From NCBI GenBank assembly GCA_965140415.1, contig OZ223209.1, positions 768,001 to 832,000 on the forward strand: a DNA stretch of 64,000 nt, read 5' to 3'. The notes beneath the pieces are model-generated. The model did no database searches and was not told the origin of the DNA. It saw nothing but the letters and a program-made list of their open reading frames with translations. The translations under genes and the position numbers were made by a program. The DNA is from Myxococcota bacterium (GTDB lineage: Bacteria; Myxococcota_A; SURF-8). Shown piece after piece: positions 50,702-59,174 of this stretch. How positions within the stretch are numbered: the first letter of the stretch is position 1; every line of letters begins with the position of its first letter.

Positions 50702-52438
50702 TTACGGCAGAATGATTTCGAAGAAGCCGGATGCATCCGTCGATCCGGAACCGATCGATTCCGAACTGCTGCTGGCGGTGCGCACGACGAACACTTCCAT
50801 GTACACCCAAGGCACCGGATTGTTCTGCTCGTCCAGCACGACGCCTTCAAAGAGCTGCCCTTCTTGCAGGGTCTGTTCGATATTGGCGTTGGTGGAGGTC
50901 TGCACGTCCGAAACCGTCGCTCGCGCCAGGCCGGTATTGGGTGGAGGCAGGAAGGTCAGGTCATAGCTGCCTTCATCGATGGCCATTTCAAATACGCCTT
51001 CCGTGCTGGTGTAGGCGCTTTTCGTATATACGTTGGTGCTGTTTTCCGTCGGTTTCTTTTTAGCCTTCACTTCGACACCGGAAACGGCGCGGTGATCTTC
51101 ATCATACACTGTTCCCGAAAACACCAGTCGTTTCGGCAGTTCAAAGGCTGCCAACTGCTCGGAGCCGTCCGAAGTGCATTCGAGATCGAACAGGGTGACA
51201 TTGGATGCGTCGCTGTCCACCGGAGGCAGAATCGTGACCCGGTAGGCGTCCGAATCGTTTTCTGGATCAGTTAACAGCAGGCCGATTTCAAACTCGCCGT
51301 TTTCATCGGTCGTTACCATCTTGTCGAAGGTGCCTCCACCGATGCGATTGCTGAAAATCAGGCGCGCACTTGCCACCGGCTGATTGCTGTCGAAACCTTC
51401 TTTAACTACGCCGCGACGGATACAGGGCGGTTGTTCCGTATTGTAAATGAAAGAGTCGAATTGCAGCGCCAGTTCGCCGGAATCGTCCAGGCCACCCAAA
51501 TTGGTCACGCCATCGGCATCGACGCTGAATGCGTTACTGACGACGACTTCCGGTAAATACGGATTGGCCGAACTCGGACCGAAAATCACGTGATAGGTTC
51601 CCGGCCAGGTAGAGAGATAGATCGTGAAGCGGCCTTCTTCGTCGCTGGAAACGCCTTCGTTTGAAGAATCGGCGGAAACCGCAATGCTGGAACGTTTCCA
51701 GACCGAGGTGTCGTAAGCGGCGACTTTGACATTCGGCACCGGTTCGCCATCTGCCGTGGTCACGATGCCGGACAGCGGCAGCCCCTGTTCGAAGGTGTAG
51801 GTTTTGCGCGTATCTTCGGAAAAGGTGATGCCGTCGTGAATGACGATCGGCGGGGCCAGATAATCGGCTTTGGGATACACATACAGCGTGTAGAGCGTAT
51901 CCGGTAGAATGGAGAGTGCAAAAGATGCCACGCTGGCGGTGTCGTCCAGCGAATTGGTCGAGCCGGTGATTTTAGGTAGTGAATGCCCGGTGATCATTTG
52001 ATTCTGATCGGAGGGTGACAAGGTTAAGGTCGCTTCCGTAGCGCTTTCGTCGGGTAAACGCACTTCTCCGGTAAAGGAAATGGAAGGTTGCAGAACGAAA
52101 ACGCCGCTGAATTCTTTCAGGTTGATGCTGGCCCGCTGCTGCACAGGGAAACCGGACTCCGACGATGGCGTAAATTCCACCGCGACGGTTCCCTCTGCCG
52201 GGTCCGTTTGATAGTCGCCATCCGTCGAGTCGCCGTCGGACGTTTCGTCACCGTCCGATACCGAATCGTAGTTATCGCTGTCATCCGTTTCCAGGCAACC
52301 CCAGACCATAGCGATCACCAGAAACAGACTTCCCCATCGCAACAGTTGTTGCAGCGTGTGTTGGAATCTGGTTTTAGTAGGTCTCATCTTTTTTCTTTTC
52401 TCAATCCATTGATTATGTTCATCAAGCTGATGTTTCAT
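50702..52438 (-). CDS. Lipoprotein with carboxypeptidase-regulatory-like (beta-sandwich) repeats
   Basis: VWGC lipobox; repeated G.V....PV..V.V and TD..G.F patterns; start uncertain (52438 or 52387). Confidence 0.75.
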   Translation of the reverse strand: MKHQLDEHNQWIEKRKKMRPTKTRFQHTLQQLLRWGSLFLVIAMVWGCLETDDSDNYDSVSDGDETSDGDSTDGDYQTDPAEGTVAVEFTPSSESGFPVQQRASINLKEFSGVFVLQPSISFTGEVRLPDESATEATLTLSPSDQNQMITGHSLPKITGSTNSLDDTASVASFALSILPDTLYTLYVYPKADYLAPPIVIHDGITFSEDTRKTYTFEQGLPLSGIVTTADGEPVPNVKVAAYDTSVWKRSSIAVSADSSNEGVSSDEEGRFTIYLSTWPGTYHVIFGPSSANPYLPEVVVSNAFSVDADGVTNLGGLDDSGELALQFDSFIYNTEQPPCIRRGVVKEGFDSNQPVASARLIFSNRIGGGTFDKMVTTDENGEFEIGLLLTDPENDSDAYRVTILPPVDSDASNVTLFDLECTSDGSEQLAAFELPKRLVFSGTVYDEDHRAVSGVEVKAKKKPTENSTNVYTKSAYTSTEGVFEMAIDEGSYDLTFLPPPNTGLARATVSDVQTSTNANIEQTLQEGQLFEGVVLDEQNNPVPWVYMEVFVVRTASSSSESIGSGSTDASGFFEIILP

Positions 52439-53020
52439 TTAGTCACGCAATCTCAAGGTCTGTATTTCTTCCGTATCCTCCGTATCGCAGTAGCCGGTTT
52501 CTTCGCTGAACTGGATCAGCCAGGAACGTTGGTCGGTGCTTGCTCCCGAAACCGGAGTGCGGTCCTTCTCTCCGACGTCGCTGGCTTCAAAGCCCAAATC
52601 CGAAACGTATACTTCCAAATAGCGGCTTTCCACATCTGCCGACAAGGCCAGCGGGTCGATGGTCAACTGGTATTCTTTCTGACCATCCTTCAAGGGGGAA
52701 CTCGCTTCGACGCTCTTATCGCGGTAATAGTCGAGATACCAGCGGATCTCGAAACTGAACTTGCGGGTGACATCTTCATCATCGGGCAATTCGGCCAGGA
52801 TGATGCGGAATGTCGCCTGGCGGCAGTCGGATTTCACAACGATCACCCCCGTTGAAGGAGTGGTGCTGACGATATCGGTTTGATAGATGAAGCCGGTGCC
52901 GTCGCCATCGTCGTCCATGTCCGCCGGGGGCCGCTCGTTGATGTCCGCCGGTAACACGCAGCCGGAAAGAAGCCCTAGGGCCATGACAAGCGTGACTGTA
53001 ATTTCAAAGACCGCTCCCAT
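52439..53020 (-). CDS. Hypothetical acidic lipoprotein
   Basis: LLSGC lipobox; stop abuts the next start; true start uncertain. Confidence 0.7.
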   Translation of the reverse strand: MGAVFEITVTLVMALGLLSGCVLPADINERPPADMDDDGDGTGFIYQTDIVSTTPSTGVIVVKSDCRQATFRIILAELPDDEDVTRKFSFEIRWYLDYYRDKSVEASSPLKDGQKEYQLTIDPLALSADVESRYLEVYVSDLGFEASDVGEKDRTPVSGASTDQRSWLIQFSEETGYCDTEDTEEIQTLRLRD

Positions 53021-53026
53021 AATTCC

Positions 53027-53042
53027 TGCAAAGACAGTGCCA
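53027..53042 (-). promoter_or_regulatory. Sigma-54 promoter for the lipoprotein genes
   Basis: Minus strand TGGCACTGTCTTTGCA matches TGGCAC-N5-TTGCA exactly. Confidence 0.8.
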
Positions 53043-53146
53043 GGATGGCTGCAATGGCAACCTCCTGTAATTGCACTGTTATTGTGTTTTGCAAGTTTCA
53101 TGGACTATGATATCCTATTCAGTACTATGACATTACTGCCGCAGTT

Positions 53147-54931
53147 TTAGTCCGACATCTTCTCCAGATAGCGGAAAATCGTGCGGGGATCGACATCCAG
53201 CATCTGCGCGGTCTTGGTGCGATTTCCGTTATTACGCTTCAACGCTTCCTGAATGTACTCCATCTGAAATTCTTCCCGCGCAATCGCCAGCGGTTTAATC
53301 GGTGCAATCTGATGCGCTTTCAAGTCGAGATCGTCCGGTTCGATGACGTTTTTCTCGGCCATGATCACCGCTTTTTTAATACGATTTTCTAATTCCCGCA
53401 CGTTGCCCGGCCAGGCGTGACGATTGATCGACTCCAGCGCACGGGGTGAGAAGCCCTTGATTTTCCTGTCATATTCCGCAATATAGCGATTCAGGAAGAA
53501 CTTGGCGATTAACGTCATGTCTTCTTCGCGGTCGCGTAGCGGCGGCAGCCAGATCGTGATGACGTTTAACCGGTAAAAAAGATCTTCGCGGAACTTGCCT
53601 TCCTGGATGGCTTTATCCAGCGGTTTGTTGGTTGCGGCGATCACGCGGATGTCCACCTCTTCAAGCTTGGTGTCACCCACCGGAGCGATTTTTCGCTCTT
53701 CCAGCGCGCGCAGGATTTTCACCTGTAACTCCATGGGCATATCGCCGATTTCATCCAGGAACAAGGTGCCGCCATTGGCGACCTTGAATTTGCCTGGTTT
53801 GTTGGCGATGGCACCGGTAAAGGCACCGCGCACATGGCCGAACAATTCACTTTCCAACAGTTCGTGCGGAATCGCGCCGCAGTTGATGACGACGAAGGGC
53901 CCGCTTTTGCGTAACGACTTGTTATGGATTTCGCGGGCGACCAGTTCCTTGCCGGTGCCGGTTTCTCCCTGGATCAGTACCGGAATGTCGATGTTGGTGA
54001 CTTTGTCGATTTTACTGAAAACGCTGCGCATCGCTTCGCTGGAACCAATCATCGAGCCGTAACGCATCTGCGCGATTTTCTCCTGTAACTCCTGCCGGTC
54101 CAGTTGCAGTTCGTTGATCAATAAGGCGTTTTGAATCAGCAGGCTGGCCTGCGAGGAGAAGAGCTCTAAAAGTTGCAGCTTATCTTGCGTGAACAGGTTG
54201 ATGACGTTGTTGTTTCCAACGTAAATGATACCCAGTAAATTGCCGCGCGCGATCAGCGGGACGCACATCACCGAACTGAGTTTCAGATTCAGCACCGAAG
54301 CGGAAGAGCCGAACTCGTCGTCGTTCAACGCATCGGAAACGATCAGCGGGCGCTTGGTCTGAATCACTCGCGAAATCACACTGTCCGACACATAACTGAT
54401 GGCGTTATTGATGGTTTCCTGGTTCAGGTTGCGTGCCACGGTGAAATCCAGTTTCTGATCTTCGCGCCGCAGGATTAAAAAGCCGTTGTCGGCATGAGTG
54501 ACTTCGATCACGAGATCGATGAGCTGGTTTAACAGATCTTCGATGTTGTAATTGCTCATCAGGTTTTCGGTAAACTCGTAGAGCTTGCGATAGGAGTTCA
54601 ACTCCGTTTGCAGGGTGTCCTTTTCGCCGCCGGAAAAATTGTCGAAGAGATTGAACGTGAAATTGACATCTCCCAGCGCCACTACATCTTTATGGGTGAG
54701 CGCGTAGGTTTTTTCCCGCTTGCCGTTTACGAGCACCACGTTTTTCTTGCCCACCCCCGAAATCGAATACTGCTTGCCGTCGAAAACGATGTAGGCATGG
54801 TTGGAATCCACCGAGGAGTCGGGAATCTGCACGTCGTTGGTGTTGTCCCGGCCAATGGTGGTGATTTTCTTGAACAGCCGAACGTTTTTCGGTCCGTTGG
54901 CGACATGATTGATAAACTGGATACTCGGCAT
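53147..54931 (-). CDS. FHA-GAF-AAA+ sigma-54 enhancer-binding protein with Fis-type HTH
   Basis: IGR..NDV..D..V...HA (FHA), GETGTGKE, ESELFGH.RGAFTGA, FLDEIG, WPGNVREL. Confidence 0.95.
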   Translation of the reverse strand: MPSIQFINHVANGPKNVRLFKKITTIGRDNTNDVQIPDSSVDSNHAYIVFDGKQYSISGVGKKNVVLVNGKREKTYALTHKDVVALGDVNFTFNLFDNFSGGEKDTLQTELNSYRKLYEFTENLMSNYNIEDLLNQLIDLVIEVTHADNGFLILRREDQKLDFTVARNLNQETINNAISYVSDSVISRVIQTKRPLIVSDALNDDEFGSSASVLNLKLSSVMCVPLIARGNLLGIIYVGNNNVINLFTQDKLQLLELFSSQASLLIQNALLINELQLDRQELQEKIAQMRYGSMIGSSEAMRSVFSKIDKVTNIDIPVLIQGETGTGKELVAREIHNKSLRKSGPFVVINCGAIPHELLESELFGHVRGAFTGAIANKPGKFKVANGGTLFLDEIGDMPMELQVKILRALEERKIAPVGDTKLEEVDIRVIAATNKPLDKAIQEGKFREDLFYRLNVITIWLPPLRDREEDMTLIAKFFLNRYIAEYDRKIKGFSPRALESINRHAWPGNVRELENRIKKAVIMAEKNVIEPDDLDLKAHQIAPIKPLAIAREEFQMEYIQEALKRNNGNRTKTAQMLDVDPRTIFRYLEKMSD

Positions 54932-54976
54932 GGTCTGATACGCTCCCCGGCTATGGGTTAATAGCCCTTGTTCCGC

Positions 54977-56077
54977 CTAAAACAGCAATTGTGCGGCTTC
55001 TTCCTTTTCTTTCTCTATCGGTTCTCCTTCCGGTTGGGGAAGGCTCTCGTCTTTCAATGGTTCCGTTTCGATCGGAACGTCCACATACTCCCGGTGGTTG
55101 AGCACGGCATCGACGATGCCACCTACAGCCAATACCGTCAGCGCACCCAAAGCCGTGTATTGCACGATGCGCCACTCGCGCGCCATTTTGGCATTGTCCG
55201 ACGAATACAGGCCGTCATCGCCCTTCAGGCTGTCTGACACGAAATAGCTCGCCACATTCAATCCCAACAGCACAACTTCACCGGTTAGAAACAGGGTGCC
55301 TTTAACCGCTTCACCATTTTGATATTGACCCGCGCCGAAAGGAATGAAATTCACGAAGTAGGGGTTGTACTTGCGCACGACATCGACCCGTTCTTCCTCC
55401 GGCTTTTCTTCCTTCGCCTTAAGTCGTTCCGCCCGGATGGCATCGAGCATTTCCTTGTGTTCGCTGCGGATGCTCTCGAACGTATCGATGATGATCGGTG
55501 GCACGTAGAGCGGATCGAGTTGCTCGTCCGGATTCAATGTCAGTAAAATTAAAAAGTTTTCACGCGCCTTTTTTCGATCCTGCAAAATAAACGAGCCGAT
55601 ACCCAACAGCCTGCGAACGGTCGGAAGTTGCTCTTCGTTGAATTTATTCGCTTCCAGTCCGGCTTCCAGAATCTGACTCATCGACGGATAGTCGCCGTAT
55701 TCGAACAGGTTCTGCGCCCGTTCCAATAACTCCGTTCCGTTGGCGTCGGGTTCCAGCACTTCCGGCTGTTGTTCTTTCGTTTCCTCGGTGTCGGCTGCAG
55801 GCGGCGCTTCCTCAACTTCGGGTGGTTGCTCTTCTGCTTCGGGTGATGCCGTCGCATTCTCCGGTTCCGTTGGGTTGGCTGCTTGTTCGGCTTTAGAAGG
55901 GGAGACTTCCACCGCCTGTGGTTCTTGCTGCTGCATTTCTTCCGCGCGCAGTTCTCCCAGAATGAAGCAAGACAAGCTCAGGCAGAGTAACCCAAGGACA
56001 GTATGGCGCAGCACAAAACACCACGCCATTCCGTGATGCTTCTTCCCCTTCAATTGTTGCGCCCTGTTCGGTTTCAT
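54977..56077 (-). CDS. Exported TPR-like protein with C-terminal hydrophobic segments
   Basis: A.NLFEYGDY..A..F..LL.LNPD..LDP..VPP; PFGAGQYQNG. Confidence 0.7.
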   Translation of the reverse strand: MKPNRAQQLKGKKHHGMAWCFVLRHTVLGLLCLSLSCFILGELRAEEMQQQEPQAVEVSPSKAEQAANPTEPENATASPEAEEQPPEVEEAPPAADTEETKEQQPEVLEPDANGTELLERAQNLFEYGDYPSMSQILEAGLEANKFNEEQLPTVRRLLGIGSFILQDRKKARENFLILLTLNPDEQLDPLYVPPIIIDTFESIRSEHKEMLDAIRAERLKAKEEKPEEERVDVVRKYNPYFVNFIPFGAGQYQNGEAVKGTLFLTGEVVLLGLNVASYFVSDSLKGDDGLYSSDNAKMAREWRIVQYTALGALTVLAVGGIVDAVLNHREYVDVPIETEPLKDESLPQPEGEPIEKEKEEAAQLLF

Positions 56078-56080
56078 CCC

Positions 56081-57931
56081 TTATTTCTTTTTCAGCTTCA
56101 CGCTCAGATCCCGCGTTTCACCGGCCTGCAATTTCACACGCTGGTTCTGCGGTTCGTAGCCTTCCTTGGTCAGGCTCAGTAACACTTCCTTGCTCGAAAC
56201 GTGTTCATCCCAGTTGACCATAAGCGGTTTCTTTAACGGTGCCCGCCCCCGGAACTTGCCATCGACGAAAATCATGGTGCCTTCGTCTGTGTTCAATTCC
56301 ATAAAGGCCGGTTTGATGCGCAGTCGACGACGGATCATGATCTGCTGATTCGCCTTTTCCACTCGCACGGTTTCCGAATACGGTTCGCAGTTCGGATTGA
56401 TCAGGCGTACGACGTGCTCGCCTGCCTTCAAAGAAAAGGTATCGTTGGCGTTTAGCGGATAGTTGCCCACCAGTTTGTCGTCGATGTAAATATCCGCCCA
56501 CGGTGCAGTCACGACTTTCAACGATCCGGTGAAATTGCCTAACGGCTTTACGGCTTTTTGGACTACGTTTGAACTTCGCTGCGCCTGTTTTCCCGGTTTG
56601 AGCCGTTCCAGTTTGGCGGGAGTCAGTTTTTTTACGGGAGATTCTCCGGCTTGAAGACCCGGCTTGATGCGCCCGGCTTTGGCTAGCGTGCGCTGCGGTA
56701 CAGTCGGCTCTTTCGCAATCTCTTCCGTTTGCTCATCCGGGTAGGAGGCCATCGGCAACGCGGGCGCTTCGATATCCAATCCCGGTACCGTCGCTTGCGG
56801 CAGCGAGTGAACTCCCCAGCGTCCCAAAGTCGCAATGAATACCAGAATCGCTCCCGCCAGGATCCAGCGCTTGACGCGTTCCTGGCGCTGTTGCCGAGAA
56901 AGGATCAGCTCGATCTGTCGGGTTGCTTCGGCGTGATCGGGACGATAGGCCAGCAGGCGGTTGTAGATCTGCATGGCCAGTGCCGGTTTGCGTTTGAGGT
57001 ATCTTGCGGCTTGCCGCTCCAACGATTCCACCAGGTTTTCCGTGAATTGCTTGAGGTACTGTTCCGGTTTCTGAAACAGCTTGTGGACTTCCTGGGTCGG
57101 GTTGTCGATTCCGGTTCTCTGAATCACGCGATCCAGATCCTGCAACAGTTCCTGAACGGACTGATACCTGTCCGCCGGATCGACCTGCAACAGCCGGTTC
57201 AGGATGGCGTCGAACTCATTGGAAACCGTGGGATTGAGTTCCTGTGCCGGAATGTAGTCGCCTTCCACGATTTTCTTTAAAAACTCGTGCGGGTTGCGCC
57301 CCGCAAAGGGAAGTTCCCCGGTGGTCAGAAAATACAGGATGCCACCCAAAGAGAACAGATCGGAGCGGAAATCGATATCCTTACCGCCGACATGCTCCGG
57401 CGACATGAAAGCCGGGCTGCCCAGAATCGAGCCGGTCATGGTCATCGTCGCGCCTTCGATGGCGCGGGCGATGCCGAAATCCATCAGCTTGATCTTGCCG
57501 TCCTGACGGATCATCACGTTTTCCGGTTTCAGATCCCGGTGGACGATGCCCTGCTGGTGCGCGTGATCCAGCGCCAGGCACAGTTCCCGCGATACGCAGG
57601 CGACTAACTCGCAGGGGAGGTTGTCGTGTCGGTCGAGAAAAGCGGCCAGCGTCATGCCGTCGATCAGTTCCGTAACGATGTAGCGGTAGGCGCTGTTCTC
57701 GCCGGAGTAATCGTAAATTTCAATGATGTTGGGGTGATGCAGCTTGGCGACCGTGACGGCTTCGCGCTGAAAGCGTTTGACCGCTTCTTCCTGGCGCATC
57801 AAATGAGGATGCAGGATTTTCAGCGCCACCTGGCGCTTTAGGCGCGTATCCAGGGCGCTATAAACCACCGCCATTCCACCCTGGCCGATTTCCCGCTCGA
57901 TTTTGTACTTCTCTACGGTCTGCCCGATCAT
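56081..57931 (-). CDS. Transmembrane Ser/Thr protein kinase with C-terminal PEGA domains
   Basis: IGQGGMAVVY, VALK, HRDLKPEN, DFGIA, MSPE; TM segment; PWADIYID. Confidence 0.95.
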   Translation of the reverse strand: MIGQTVEKYKIEREIGQGGMAVVYSALDTRLKRQVALKILHPHLMRQEEAVKRFQREAVTVAKLHHPNIIEIYDYSGENSAYRYIVTELIDGMTLAAFLDRHDNLPCELVACVSRELCLALDHAHQQGIVHRDLKPENVMIRQDGKIKLMDFGIARAIEGATMTMTGSILGSPAFMSPEHVGGKDIDFRSDLFSLGGILYFLTTGELPFAGRNPHEFLKKIVEGDYIPAQELNPTVSNEFDAILNRLLQVDPADRYQSVQELLQDLDRVIQRTGIDNPTQEVHKLFQKPEQYLKQFTENLVESLERQAARYLKRKPALAMQIYNRLLAYRPDHAEATRQIELILSRQQRQERVKRWILAGAILVFIATLGRWGVHSLPQATVPGLDIEAPALPMASYPDEQTEEIAKEPTVPQRTLAKAGRIKPGLQAGESPVKKLTPAKLERLKPGKQAQRSSNVVQKAVKPLGNFTGSLKVVTAPWADIYIDDKLVGNYPLNANDTFSLKAGEHVVRLINPNCEPYSETVRVEKANQQIMIRRRLRIKPAFMELNTDEGTMIFVDGKFRGRAPLKKPLMVNWDEHVSSKEVLLSLTKEGYEPQNQRVKLQAGETRDLSVKLKKK

Positions 57932-58114
57932 GTCGGATGGCGGTCCTTGCTGAAAATAATGTCTTACCTACAGCTAATAACCATAATTCAAGCCGTCGAA
58001 AAAGTAAAGATTATCCAAAGGGATTTTCAACAGGGTGACATTCCTGTCATGTTCTGACAGTTTGTATTATCCCTTTCAGGCGATTGTTCTTAGAAGAAAG
58101 ATGCTAGGATGATA

Positions 58115-58142
58115 ATGCCCCCGGGCGGCCGCCCGGGGGCAT
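58115..58142. repeat. Perfect 28-bp GC-rich palindrome
   Basis: ATGCCCCCGGGCGGCCGCCCGGGGGCAT, between divergent genes. Confidence 0.85.
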
Positions 58143-58205
58143 AGGACGGCGAGATCGTTCCGACCTTGGGCCTTGTGAGCCCGTTCTGTAGCTACGAAAC
58201 TTTTT

Positions 58206-58271
58206 GTAGCGGCGGAACGTGAGCCCGCCGTTTTCAAGGTGTTTTTCGGCGGGTATATGCCTTGCCGCTAC
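58206..58271. repeat. GTAG-type REP doublet (family B)
   Basis: GTAGCGGCGG..CCCGCCG ... CGGCGGG..GCCGCTAC inverted pair. Confidence 0.8.
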
Positions 58272-58433
58272 AAGAAGGCATCACAAACAATGAGTAGCAA
58301 CTCTTCTAATGAACTTGTAGTAAGTCAATTTTACTTGTTGTAAAAACAAATAAATCTAAAATAATACTTGCAACATGGATTTGATAAATTACTATGAAGT
58401 ACATAGGATGTGAAAATGATGAGAGGACGTACC

Positions 58434-59114
58434 ATGAAAACACAAAAGATATTGGCTTTTGTCGCGCTGCTGTTTGCGTTTTCTGCGAGCGCTCATGCCA
58501 GTTTGGGCGATCCCTTCGGCGATCCCTGCCAAACGGATGACGACTGCCCGGTTTACGGCATGCTCTGCTGCACTTCGGCGGAGGATTGCGGCGATTTGGT
58601 AAATACCTGTGTCCGGTGCCAAACCAATGACGATTGTAAGTACAATTATAAGTGTTATGATGGAATGTGCTTGTATCCTTGTCTAGATGTTCAAGAGTGT
58701 CCTTACTATTCACTAAATACAGTCTGCCAGGATGGATTGTGCATGGAATGCCAGCAGGATTCCGATTGCCCTGGGCATGAAGTTTGTGTGATGCATACCT
58801 GCCGCTCCTGCCGAGAGGATTCCGACTGCCCGCTCCAGGAAGATTACGCGCCGGAGGATATTTACTGTGAGGCTTATTATTGTAAGGGAGGAGCCGAACT
58901 TACCGATGGCGATTCTGTTGCTACGACAGACGGCGATTCTGCAATCGATGGAGATTCGCAGCAGGACGGCGATGGCGAAGAGGAAACAACGGATGGCGAT
59001 CAGGCGACCAATGACGAAGATGGTGATGACGATGGCTGTTCCACAGGCGGCGGAGCTTCCGCACTTGGGTTGCTGTTGCTTCTTCCATGGTTGCGGCGGC
59101 GGCTGAGAAACTGA
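58434..59114 (+). CDS. Cys-rich exported protein with MYXO-CTERM-like sorting tail
   Basis: Signal peptide AHA; repeated C..D.DC units; tail DDDGCSTGGGASALGLLLLLPWLRRRLRN. Confidence 0.85.
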   Translation: MKTQKILAFVALLFAFSASAHASLGDPFGDPCQTDDDCPVYGMLCCTSAEDCGDLVNTCVRCQTNDDCKYNYKCYDGMCLYPCLDVQECPYYSLNTVCQDGLCMECQQDSDCPGHEVCVMHTCRSCREDSDCPLQEDYAPEDIYCEAYYCKGGAELTDGDSVATTDGDSAIDGDSQQDGDGEEETTDGDQATNDEDGDDDGCSTGGGASALGLLLLLPWLRRRLRN

Positions 59115-59135
59115 TCGAACGGGTTGCTTATGCAT

Positions 59136-59162
59136 GGTTTCCCGGAGAAAATCCGGGAGACC
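59136..59162. terminator. Hairpin between convergent genes (probable terminator)
   Basis: GGTTTCCCGGA-GAAAA-TCCGGGAGACC. Confidence 0.5.
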
Positions 59163-59174
59163 GGCTTTGAATTC

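Noticed and set aside
50620-50850. N-terminal extension of the DUF1566 ORF in the track
   Set aside because: Overlaps the upstream gene; the RBS and signal peptide support a start at 50619.
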